A stretch of DNA of 64,000 nucleotides, from the NCBI GenBank assembly GCA_951406725.2, contig OX597825.1, positions 37,262,001 through 37,326,000 on the forward strand. The letters are read 5' to 3'. The stretch comes from Octopus vulgaris (taxonomy: Eukaryota). Shown one piece after another: positions 42,693 to 55,299 of this stretch. Position 1 is the first letter of the stretch; the number at the start of each line of letters is the position of its first letter. Below the pieces are notes generated by a model, which searched no databases, had not been told where the DNA came from, and saw nothing but the letters and a program-made list of their open reading frames with translations. The translations under genes and the position numbers were made by a program.

Positions 42693-42733
<41 letters not shown>

Positions 42734-42846
42734 GCACATATATGTATACATATATATGCCTACATATATATATACACCTATATGTATATTTGTATATATA
42801 TAAATATGTGTGTCGGTATTGTCACTAATTTTCTATCTCTCCATCG

Positions 42847-42935
<89 letters not shown>

Positions 42936-43081
42936 CCAATCTATACCCACACACATATGAAGAAATAAAGAGATAAATAGATAGATAAAAGGATAAAGGT
43001 AGAAAAAAGAAGAGTGAAAGTGCCGTATATAGACACACACGCATATGTGTGTGTGTTTTTATGTATACATATATATCGAGT

Positions 43082-43272
<191 letters not shown>

Positions 43273-45217
43273 AGTGACAGAGAAAATCAGGGCGAAATAA
43301 AGAAAGTGAAATAAAATACAGTCAAGAGAAGAAAGGGAAGAGAGGATGATAATCATGTGTTAGTCTTGGTGCGCTAGAGCTGAAATGATTAAATGGATAA
43401 AGTGTTGGACGAGCAGCTTCGAACTTGAGAGCTAAATTCCCCTTCCAGTGATTTCTAGTATTCGAAACAGATCACTTTATTCTGCATTGCTATTAATCAC
43501 CAACTTTCTAAGAGAAGAAGTATTAAAAGTTGAGATAAATTTAGGAAGAGGTACTTGCATCTTCTCTGGCAAGGGATTGGTAGTCTTTATCCACTAACAT
43601 TTCAAAAGCTCAACTTTTTGATAAGGATGCTGTTTCATGAAAGGAATTTAGCCTAAACCATTGGGTTACGTAATAGAGATATAAGGGTGTAATGTTGCAT
43701 CAAGTTTCCTTTTGATTGAGAGAAGCAGCAGATATTTAAATAAATACAAATAACTCAAACCATAGAATATGATTTATGCCGTGAGAAAAGAAAAATCTAA
43801 CTTTTCGGATGTTTACACTTCTTCACGAAGAGAAGGAAAGAGAAAGGTAGAAAAAGAGAGAAGGAAATGGAGAGAGAGTGAAAGAGTGTGAAAGAGAGAG
43901 AGAGAGAGAGAGAGAGGGAGATACAGGGAGAGAGAAAGGAAGAAAGAAGAAAATAGGAGGACGGTATATTAGTATGTGTTGGTGTGAGAAATGTATGAGA
44001 TGGTGGGTTTATTGTTGGAGGTGGTTTGAATATTATGGGAGGTAGTGTGAAGAGTTTAGAGATGCGTATGTGTGTGTGTATATGTTTGTGCGTGTTGGTA
44101 GTGGGGTGAATTGTGTGGCAGTGTGGGAAGAAGTGTAATTATTGTGAGATGTGTATTATGTGTGAAAAAGTAAAATTTAAGAGGGGAGAATCGGCAAAAC
44201 AGTAGGAATAAGTTACTGCTACACAGCTGAGATGGGAAATTTTTCCAGTTTCTATTCATATAGAGAAAAATCATGCAAAGTAATGTTTCTTTCAATATTT
44301 CTGATTACATAGAAAGAAATTATATTCTATCGACGTTCAAAAGCAAATCTCGAGAGACGTGTGCATTTGTGCTCGATCTGTTAAAATTAGTAACCAAATC
44401 TCCATAAAGTTTGATGCAAAGTTGGCACCGATACGATTTTTGCCAAAGTATCTAAAAAATGAAACTAAACACTGCAGAGTACCAACAACAGGTCATTAAA
44501 AGCCGAGGAAGCCTCAGTATAGTCGCCCACTCTGCTAGAAATAACAGCCAAAAGTCCCTCAATTCTTAAGGTTAAGTCGTAATCAAAGTAAGAACATCTT
44601 AAGTAATAGAGTCCCATCTTCCATAGACAAAAAAAAATATGGACCTATATGATCAAAGTTTAAATGTTTTCAAAAATGGATCTATTCTATGAAGGCTGAC
44701 CCGAGAGGAAACAATGATAGTTGACTGATAAAATAGCCCTATTGATTATTTTCTCAGATACCGAATTATACACATACTGCGATGATTGAACCAATATTTC
44801 GTACTTATACAATGAATTTAAAGTAAGCAAGTAAACTGAAAAACGTGGCGGAATTCTGCAACCAATAATACATGCACGCACGCATGCGGTTTGCTTATGG
44901 CTGTAAGTTTTATCTAATGGGGCTTGAATAAGCAGCGAGAGGCGAAACTGTAGTTACAGTCAGAGCCTGTATGCTATAAATTTCACTTTACCGCCAAAAC
45001 TAAATCCTTTTATCTGGGAATGTCATTTTTAACATAAACCCCCTGCATTGGAGCGTACACATACACAGACATAGACAGTCACGCACACTTGCAAAATCAT
45101 GTACACATATTCACACACATACACATGCGCATTGTATATAAAGATACAAAACGATACAATATTAATAGTTTTAACATATTTTTCGATTGAGTACATCTGG
45201 TGAATTTATCGAATATT

Positions 45218-45451
45218 TATTTCTTTATTGCCCACAAGGGGCTAAAGATAGAGAGGACAAACAAGGACAGACAAAGGATTTAAGTCGATTAGATCGGCCA
45301 CAGTGCGTAACTGGTACTTAATTTATCGACCCTGAAAATATGAAACGCAAAGTCGACCTCGGGGGAATTTGAACTCACAACGTAACAGCAGACGAAATAC
45401 CGCGAAGCATTTCGCCCGGCGTGCTAACGTTTCTGCCAGCTCGCCACCTTA
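45218..45451 (-). mobile_element. SINE family B with target site duplication
   Basis: Reverse complement of the 10437-10666 family; 15-bp TSD AATTTATCGAATATT at 45203-45217 and 45452-45466. Confidence 0.9.
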
Positions 45452-45850
45452 AATTTATCGAATATTACTTTAGACTTTACAACATGCAGAACCCTTCAAC
45501 TACGAACACCTCATCTCGTGCAACATATTTCTTCCCCTCTTGAGCTATCCAGATAATCGTAGTCATAGTTTCACTATAGATACGTTCATCCGTCAGCTTG
45601 TCTATCTAACAATAAAACAATTCGTAGACATCTCAGAGAAAAGCACATTATAGAAGAGTTCTCGTGTAAGGTATAAAAATGCTTGCAAAAGTTATGAGCA
45701 GTGCATTAATTCTAATTTCTTCTGACTATCTTACATAAAAGATGACTTATTGCTATGCGGTTTCGAGTAGTATACCTGCCCTGTGTACAAATTTCAAAAA
45801 CAGAAGTTTTGCAGCCCTGTGTGTTTTTTGGGCGTATGAGTGTGTGCATA

Positions 45851-45899
<49 letters not shown>

Positions 45900-48063
45900 C
45901 ATTTATCCGTGGTATAGTTCAACAAAGAGGGTACTCTAACTGGTGAGAGTCAAATAATGTTGTTTAAGGGTCAAATTACATGTCTTCAGGCGCTACTAAT
46001 AGTTTCATGTGTCTGAAAATCTAATAATGTTCTTCAACGCAGACCACTCTTCGTGCTGAACTAAGAACTTTAGATATGGCGTGGGACATGAGAGAACGTA
46101 GAAAACGTGAAAAGATGGTAGTATGTAGAAAATTGTAACTACTAACCGGAAAATGAACCTAGAAGACCTGGTGTAAATGCGAGGGAGAGAGATGAGAGAG
46201 TAGAGTGAACGGGCAATAGGTATTTTGCAGAATACATCCCAGAAGACTAAAACTAAAAAGGACTCAATGTAGGTGTTAATAAATTGTGTGTGTGTACACA
46301 TACACACGCACACACACGCACACACACACACACATATATATATGTATCTGTGTGTGTCTTGTATGCATGTGTCCAAACACCTATGTCGTTGTTTTATCGG
46401 CAGTTCCTCTATGATTCTGTATTTAACAGTTGGACAATTAGTGGTTGTTAATATAAACAGCAGCCTGAAGCGAACTAAACTTTTTGAAGGTGGCCACTCA
46501 TTATGGCTTTGTCCAAAAGCGGAATTCAGCAAACGAAAACCGTACAACGAATACAGAGGCTTAAGCATCTAATCATTCATCCCTACATTCATATACAAAT
46601 GCATAAGTGCATACACACATAGACCCTTACATACATAAATACATAAGTTTGTGTGTGTGTGTGTGTATGTTTGTTCTGTATTTTACAACAGTAGATTCCT
46701 TATAAGGAATCTACTGTTAGAATTTCCATTGAAAAGTAACGGATTGTGTTTTGAAAAGTGCGGAAGAAATTTACCATCGATTGCTTTGAAAATGTCGAAG
46801 AATTTATGGATTACTACTTTCTATTAATCCGTTTAAATCATCTTACATGATGTGGTATAACATAGACTCGTTAACCAAGCAGTAAGTAAATGAGTTTGCC
46901 TCTACACAGTCACTAACCCTGCATCATATCATACCCTCCCGTGTTGAATAAAGGACACATTGAACATCATTAGGTAGCTGCGACAAAATATCGACGTTCT
47001 GATGGAAAGTATAGAAAGTAACTAAAACAAACTGGTATGCCATCATTGGTGAAACCAAGAGTAAAAGAATGAACAAATAGAACAAAACAGTACAGAACAA
47101 CACAGTATTGCAAAACAGTCACAAAATAACACAGAATACATTCAACAGCTCATTAACACAAAGAATCACAGAATATACATTAATATACTGAAACAAAAGA
47201 TAAAAAGCCTGCACATTATATTCAAGTTTTATATACTTTTTATGAATACTTTTTCATGTACATTTTATATAAACTTCAAGTAATGTTTATAAAATGTATT
47301 TTTATAACAATGTGTGATGTATTTATTATCATTTGATTTTTTTTCTGTTACAAACCGAACAAATATTTAAATAAACAAAAAGAAACGCCGTAAATATACA
47401 TATATGCTAAAAATATATTTTGTATTTAGATATTATATTAAATATAATTGATTAAATATACATATAAAGTGTACTTAATATATTATACATAGGTGGCTCA
47501 GTAGAATAGTTAAAGCGTCGAAGTGAGCAATGGGTCTCGCTACTCCGTGTTTGAATCCCTCTAACATTCATACTTTGAACACCAGTCATGTACTGGAGCT
47601 GTTTTAATCATTTACTCCTTCTTCTCATCCAGCTTTCCTCGCCTCGTGCCTATATAAGAATGTTTACAATATATTAGCTGCTAAATACATGTGGTTTCTT
47701 ACATAGTTTTAAAACCGGATTGAGCAATTTTAATCCATTTTTCCTCCTCCACCCAACCTTCCTAACCTCGTGGCTATATAAAAGTTAATATATGTACTTT
47801 TATGCATATTTTAAGAACTAGATTTGCTCTACTCTCTTTCTTATCCACCATTACCGTCCTTTCCTGCACTCTCCATAATATTACTCTCAACATAAACATC
47901 ATGGTTTTTAATGCTGTAATTGGATTTTTACATCCAACCTTTCATCAATGACTAAATTCCAAATATTTTCTATTAACCCAATTGAATAATACTATATATA
48001 CTTATATATGTCTACGTATATATATATATCTATATATATATCTATATATATATATGTATGCTA

Positions 48064-48440
48064 TATATACATGTGAGAGGGATGACCACTATGTGGACAA
48101 CTTTTATGCGAGAAGTAGATCCGCTATGGTCTTAGTGGTACTAAGGAATGTTCTCAAGAAAAATTTAGCAAACACCAGAACGTAAGCGTTACTTTTTATT
48201 TGTCTTGCTGGCTTATTTCTGGTGTTTGCTTAAAATTTCTCGAGAACATTCCTTAGTGGTAAGACCATAGCGGATCTACTTCAAGCATAAGGGTTGTCCA
48301 CATAGTGGTAACCCTTTTCATAAGTATATAATACAATTTACTGAACTTTCAGATTTTAATATGCTAGACCACTGGTGTTAAATTGATGTTAATTAAATTA
48401 ATATCCAATTTCTCTACCCTCATTTTAAATTTAAATTTAT
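48064..48440 (+). mobile_element. Fold-back insertion, family P1
   Basis: Arms 48064-48187 and 48211-48330, tail 48331-48440, TA-rich flanks. Confidence 0.8.
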
Positions 48441-48526
48441 ATATATGTGTATGCATACATATTTATACGCATATATATGCACACACATACGCACACGCAT
48501 ATACATGTAAAATTATATATATTTTT

Positions 48527-48745
48527 ATCTTTATCTTTTATTTGTTTTAATTATAGGCTTGTGGTCATAGAGGGGCACCACCTTGAAGGGTTTATGTCAA
48601 ATAAATCGTCTGCAGGACCTGGTTTATAAGCCTGGGTAATCGTTCCACCGGTCTCACTGGCCGAACCGCTAAGTTACCGGGACGTAAACAATCCAACACC
48701 GGTTATCAAGTGATTTTGGGTTGAAAAATCAAACACAAAGACGTG
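48527..48745 (-). mobile_element. SINE family A, 3' half
   Basis: gccgaaccgctaagttac.gggacgtaaaca..caacaccggtt segment shared with other copies. Confidence 0.7.
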
Positions 48746-49128
48746 TCCACACACACACGTACAGAGATATTTACAAGGCAGCCTTTGTTCCAAGCATTCT
48801 CACAGGAATCATAAGTTTACTTTGACATAGATACAACCATGGTTATTTCCATTTAGTGTTTTACATAACACTGGTTCACCTTGGGACAATTTCGTAGTAT
48901 TCAGTTTTCCCAAGAGAAAAATTTGCAAGCAACTCGCTAAACGAGTCTCTTCGTTCTCCATATATGTTAAACTCCTACAGCGCGGGAACAGCACAATATA
49001 GCTGTTTCTGGGCCAGAAAGGTGGGGAAATGTACAAAGATGTAAATATTTAGCGTTGTTTTTCTCCCTCTTCATTTTACCCCTTCTGAGTACATTGTGTA
49101 CGTGTGTGTATGTGTCTGTATGTGTGTA

Positions 49129-49245
49129 TGGCCGAAATAAGATTAAGATTAATGTAAAAAATAAATAACGCTAAAGCAAAGTAACACCAAATATATAGTG
49201 CGTGTGCTTTTATTGGCTAAACTGGCAAAATGACCATTCCTAAAT

Positions 49246-49250
<5 letters not shown>
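49129..49250 (+). mobile_element. Solo 3' fragment of fold-back family P2
   Basis: Highly similar to 54486-54607; ends in (TA)n. Confidence 0.8.
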
Positions 49251-49295
<45 letters not shown>

Positions 49296-49354
49296 TATAT
49301 GTGTATGTATAACTGTATGTGTGTATATATATTTATATAAATATATATATATAT

Positions 49355-49575
49355 ATTCTTTTATTCTTTTACTTGTTTCAGTAATTTGACTGCGGCCATG
49401 CTAGAGCACCGCATTTAGTCGAACAAATCGACCCTAGGACTTATTCTTTATAAGCTTAGTATTTATTCTGTCGGTGTCTTTTGCCGAGCCGCTAATGTTA
49501 CGCGAAGGTTAGCACACCAACATCAGTTGTCAAGCGATGGAGGGTGGGGGGGCAAACACAGACACATACACACAA

Positions 49576-49610
<35 letters not shown>

Positions 49611-49733
49611 CACATATAGCCTTGTTCCGTGGCTATAGTAGAAGATACTAGCCCAAGGTCCCATGCAGTTACACTGAAGAGAGAACCATGTGATTAGGAA
49701 ACAAACAACCTACCGCACAGCTACGGTTGCGCT
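49355..49733 (-). mobile_element. SINE family A, near full length
   Basis: Tail (ATTCTTTT)2, body, internal (CA)n and decayed head. Confidence 0.75.
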
Positions 49734-50096
49734 TATAGCCCTGTATGTTCAGTACACTATTAGCTCTTATAGATATTTCTCCTCATTTTACGACAGCAGA
49801 TAGATGTTTGAACGAGATTTATCGACCACGTTAAGACACTATCGTTGACTCATATGTAACACTTCTTTCACTAGATATGTTAATTTCGATTATTAATAAT
49901 TTGTTTGCTTGTTTTAATCAACAATTGCCATATTAGGCCTAGCCTACTCTATCACACTGTTTATTTAACTATTAAAATACAGTGTACTTCTTTACTAGAA
50001 CATTTTACAGTATCGTTTGAAGCACGTGGAGACACTACTTTAGAAACACTTTAAATTCTTTCATGACTATATCAAGATGATGTTCAAGTTATTTAC

Positions 50097-50207
50097 GTAT
50101 CGTTTTGCGGCAAATGAACAGAGTGGACCATGTATTCTCCTAGATTGTAGACGGCTTTCTTCATACTGTTAGTATTGAGTAATTGATCATAAGCAGATAC
50201 TAGGTGA

Positions 50208-50257
<50 letters not shown>

Positions 50258-50494
50258 CCCTCGTTCTCCCCCTTTGTTTCTCTTTAAACTTATCTCATGC
50301 GCCTTCATGTCACTCTCAAACGGCACATGAATTGGCATGTTTTGGTTTATCTCTAATTCTAATTGTGCTTTATATTCTCCTTTATTATATTCAATGTTAT
50401 TCCTTCCTAAGCTGGAAGCAGATGCTACACATATGAGTAATAGCCCTACAGTAGCTGTAAGATATATAGATTTTTGCGTATACTCGTTACACAT
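50097..50494 (-). CDS. Candidate coding exon of a secreted precursor (unverified)
   Basis: Lies within the 189-codon ORF 50662-50093. From Met at 50494 there is a signal-peptide-like stretch (SIYLTATVGLLLICVASA), a KR site and an in-frame ER repeat; GTAAAT donor-like site at the end. Confidence 0.3.
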
Positions 50495-50715
50495 TCCTAA
50501 ACATTTGTCCGACCATTTCCTCACTAGATTGATGTTAGATAGTCGATGAGTAGATAAATGATGCTTGGCTATAACGTAATATTCCCAGTAGATCTGTTTA
50601 ATATATCTCGTATCGGTTTTGTATAATATTTTGATAGTCGAACGGTATCGTACAACTGCCATTGCCCAGTGATTAACTGAATTAGTATGCTTTCGAGCAT
50701 TGAATTAGTGGTTCT

Positions 50716-50760
<45 letters not shown>

Positions 50761-51369
50761 ATATTATATTATATATATTATATATTATATATATATATTA
50801 TATATATATTTATATCTATATTATATGATATTATATATATATATATATATACATCACACACGCACACACACATGCACCTGTAAGTATGTATGTGTATGTA
50901 TATATATGTATAAATGTGTGTATATATAGATGCATACACAGACACACACACGCACAAACTCACACACATATATATGTACTTATACATATGTATTTATATT
51001 TGTATCTGAATCTATCTTCACACACGCCCGCACACTCATACGCACGTACAGAGAGAAAGAGAGAGAGAGAGAGGGACAGAGACACACAAAGACAGATAAA
51101 TGTATATATGCTTGTATATGTATGAATATGTGTGTGTATGTGTATATACATAAACACACAAGCACACAGACACACATATACACATATATGTATATACATA
51201 TGTGTATAGAAAACACTTATGCTTATCTATATATATGCAGAAGTACACTCAAATATATAAACAGGCATCAACAATACATGCAACAAGCAGGAGCGCAGTA
51301 ATACTACTTTTAAAGCATTACAATTTGATATATACTTACCAACAGAATCGATAAAATAAGTGGAAGTGT

Positions 51370-52217
51370 ATGCGAGATCTGATCAATAAGTATGCGGACC
51401 GTTGCCTTATTAACAAAACTAATGCACGCAGAGTCAAGCTGATTGGTAAAGGCTGACTTTCAACTCTGTTGTGCATGTGCACTAAGTTTTAACGTCCTAG
51501 CACGCCTTCGCTGTTTACAGCAGTGCTTGAAATTACTGCGTAAATTATGTAATCGTCGCATTGACCATGACAGAGAAAGGTGATACCTTCTCTGAGGCCT
51601 ACCCGAAATTGCAGAAAGTGTATGGAGAGGAGTGTATGAGACGCTCACGAGTGGTTCAAGCGTTTCCAAGATGGCCGAAAAGCGTCGATATTGACGAACG
51701 TTCTGGAAGACCCGCAACAAGCAGAACTAAGAAAAATATGTACGTGCAGCTGTGAGGGAAAATCGTCGAATCACCATCCGTGAGTTATCACAGGATGTGC
51801 AGATTAGTTACGATTCAGTTCCATCTATTATCAATGAAGATTTGGGTATGAGACGCGTGTCTGCCAAGTTTCTACCAAAGCTGCTTTCAGCTGACCAAAA
51901 AGACACTCGTGTTTCAGTTGCACAAGATCTCCTTTATTGTGTCGAGAACGATGAAAAGCTTTGAAAACTTTGCACAGGCCTCTAAGTGAAGCTTTTGGAA
52001 AAAAAATTAATGAAGATTTTCTGCTCAACTTTCACTGTCGTGGTCAATGCGACGACCACACGCTGCACACCTTCCATCCAAGCACAGCTGTAAATAGCAG
52101 AAGTGAGCGAGAGCGTTAAATGTTAGTATGAAAGTCAATCTGTGCTAAGCGGCTACAGTCAGCGTGCTTTAGCTTCGTTACTATGGCAACAGCCCGGATA
52201 CTTGTATCCAGACCACT

Positions 52218-52221
<4 letters not shown>
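51370..52221 (+). mobile_element. Internally deleted mariner with long (about 200 bp) imperfect TIRs
   Basis: TIRs about 51370-51580 and 52029-52221 with TA termini. Internal translation EAYPKLQKVYGEECM..DERSGRPATS..RENRRITIRELS..DLGMRRVSAKFLPKLLS. Confidence 0.85.
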
Positions 52222-52269
<48 letters not shown>

Positions 52270-52270
<1 letters not shown>

Positions 52271-52520
52271 TTTACACAAAATAAAGAGAACTCTCGAACA
52301 CAGGATGGCTGTGAAGACAATTTAGAAAATCTAGTGAATAGAATTACGAGGCGGTAAAATGTGGCCAGCAAGCCTCTAATGAGGATGCCACGTTTTTCCC
52401 GTCTCATAAGGGTATTCATCTAATTTTCTAAGTTGTCCTCACAACCATCTTGCGTTCAAGAATTCCACTAGTTTCCGTATAATACCGACTCATTCAGCGT
52501 TCCTCAATTTATTCTCAAGT
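52270..52520 (+). mobile_element. Old, diverged fold-back insertion
   Basis: Imperfect arms 52288-52340 and 52413-52465, tail to about 52520; (TA)n on the left, CA-rich on the right. Confidence 0.55.
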
Positions 52521-52653
52521 AACACACACACAGTAATACACACACACCCACACAAGCATATATATATATGTACATACACACATACATACATATACATATG
52601 CATATGAATATATAGATATGTATATATACAGTACACAATCATATATGCACATA

Positions 52654-52703
<50 letters not shown>

Positions 52704-53555
52704 TACACACAGCCATATGTGTGTGTGTGTGAGTCTTTGTGTGTGCATATTTGTGTGCGCTTGTAAGCGTATAAATGCAAGTGTGTATATGAATATGCAT
52801 ACTCTCATAAATAAATGCATACAGGTATAATTATATGCATAAATAGAAACAAACGCATATCTATATACCATAATTACCGGAAGTCAGGCACGTATTTGTG
52901 AAAAACACGTAGGTTTAGAGAGAAATAACTGTGTCCTTCGCCTGGCGCGTATCATAGTCAGAAATTAAAACTTAATCAATAAGCGCGTTGGTGTGAACAA
53001 AGCTATTGTTTAATATCCCAAAACTCAACCTCCCACGCTTATCTGTAGTTTTACTACTACAATGCATCAAAAGATATAAAACTCGTTGTATATAATGCGC
53101 TTAATTTAATTATTTTTAATGTAATAAAATTTATACTTGAAACAGCTGTTCTCACATTACAAGAGACATCTTAAATTTAATCTCTGTTTTTCGATAACCC
53201 GTTGTTATCAACGGGTTATCGTTTTGAAAGAAAACTTGTAATGAAATCTAGTTATGTTGCAAACATTTATACAGCTCATTGCAATACCAATTCAAGCAAC
53301 CTACAGAACTACAGTAATATAGTCCCTTGCCTTCTTGTAGTTGTATTGTTCGAATTAATAGCTCATTTAAAGGTAATTATCTTCCAAATGTCTGAACCCA
53401 GTTTGCTGAAATCCATTCCAACAATGACAGTACTCTAGAGACTTATAGCATTCCTACAGAGAATGACTTTGAAATTCGATTTTACCAACACACATACACA
53501 CACACACACAAACGCACACACATATATAGAGAGAGTGAGAGATAGATAGATCGAT

Positions 53556-54285
53556 TGCATTAAATATCCTAATTGCTAGAAACTATATATTGGCGAGACA
53601 GGGAATGCATTATCGGAACGCTCACGAGTCCACAGAAAACAACCCCGGAATACTAATGTTCGCCAAATTCCATTTAGCGAACATATAAAAACCTGTGGTC
53701 ACAAAATGTTTCTAAGTTTTTCTCTCCACAAACTACATGACACAAGTGAGTTTGGAAGACAGATAAAAGAAAAACGTTTTGTTAAAATGTTTAAACCTTC
53801 TCTGAACAGAAATAATAACAATAAAACAGTCAGCTAATGATGTGGATTTAAAACTATCCTTAATATATGAATATAAACAAATTACAGAAGTCTCCCAGCG
53901 ATTGAAATAAAAACGATGGAAACCAACTAAGTTTGCTCACTCACAAGAACATTACAAGTAAACCGCAAGCTAATTTGTTAAAATAAAGGCAGGGTAATAT
54001 CAGTACGCCCGGTAAACCGTGACTTTTAAGCTGATTTGTCAAAACCGTATTCGAAAAATTCAGCTTGCCGGGGCTTTCTAATAGGTATAAAAAGGAAGGA
54101 GTTAGTCATTTTAGTACAGTTGTCAAGAACGCAGTTGTCCGTAATTACATTTTGAAATCTGATGATTACTACGATCGTATGAAAGCTAATGTTTGACACA
54201 CTTCAACATCGTAGCAACGATTTTTTTACAAATACAACAGTAAAAAACGTGAAAACCAGACCATGTTGTAACCTTATTCAACTGA
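53556..54285 (+). mobile_element. 5'-truncated PLE: GIY-YIG C-terminus, 3' UTR and hammerhead
   Basis: CIKYPNC*KLYIGETGNALSERSRVHRKQ..QIPFSEHIKTC..RQIKEKRFVKMFKPSLN; hammerhead CTGATGA-t-tac..gta-t-GAAA-GC-TA at 54159-54188; ends in (TA)n. Confidence 0.85.
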
Positions 54286-54325
54286 TATAAATATATATAT
54301 ATGTGTGTGTGTATATATATATATA

Positions 54326-54607
54326 GTTATATTTCGGAATGGTCATATTGCCAGTTTAGCCAATAAGAACACACGCACTATATATTTGGTGTTATTTTGC
54401 TGACGGTTAGTAAGGAGAGACGCAAATATAAAAGAAGAAAACAAAGGACCACTGATGCGGTCACAGGAGTGTGACGAAAGAACTCTGGCCGAAATAAGAT
54501 TAAGATTAATGTAAAAAATAAATAACACTGAAGCAAAATAACACCAAATATATAGTGCGTGTGTTTTTATTGGCTAAACTGGCAATATGACCATTCCGAA
54601 ATATAAC
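54326..54607 (+). mobile_element. Fold-back insertion, family P2, with hammerhead motif
   Basis: Arms 54326-54401 and 54532-54607. Spacer has ggacca-CTGATGC-g-gtcac..gtgac-GAAAG-aa-CTC-tggcc (54446-54490). TA-rich flanks; no tail on either arm. Confidence 0.8.
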
Positions 54608-54608
54608 A

Positions 54609-54650
<42 letters not shown>

Positions 54651-54765
54651 TTATAAATATACATATATTTACATATATATTTATATCCATATATATATGT
54701 ACACACACACACAAATACAAACACACATACACACACATACATATATACGAGAGGGTGCTGAAACG

Positions 54766-54957
54766 TTCTTGGTTTTAAAGGTTTCGCAAAAGGCGTGGTT
54801 GGAGACACAACCGTCGAAGTTCCTTTACAGGGCTTTGAAAACCTGAAGGACCGGAGTAGTTAGTGTGTTAATCTGAGAGGGGAATAACATCATAAGTAAC
54901 TGATCCTCCTGTATTTTCTTTTATTCAAAGCCAGGATTATTTCAGCACCCCCTCGCA
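54766..54957 (+). mobile_element. mariner-derived MITE
   Basis: TIRs tacgagagggtgctgaaa / tttcagcaccccctcgca; internal GFENLKDRSS*CVNLRGE resembles a mariner C-terminus. Confidence 0.75.
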
Positions 54958-55299
54958 TGCACACGCGCACGCACACACGCGCGCACACACACACGCGCGC
55001 ACACACACACATACACATACACACATACATATACACACATTTATAAATTCGAAAGGATATTTTTACACAATCCTCTCTGAATATAACTGGTGGCTAAAAG
55101 AAACAAGATCTTTTATAATGCAATAGCTGAGTTAACCAATTCTTTATATATATATAGTAGCTTTCATTCAAAACCTGGCTACTAGCATTGTTTAAGTGAA
55201 ACATAACTGACGTTATTTCATGATGACAATGGATTAAATGAGCGTTTAAAAATTCTTCGTTACTGTAAGCAGTATTCGAAGCTTATATTCTGTAATTAT

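Noticed and set aside
46005-46572. 187-aa minus-strand ORF and overlapping plus-strand acceptor-flanked frame
   Set aside because: Spans a CA/TG repeat, shows no recognisable domain, and gives no basis to choose a strand.
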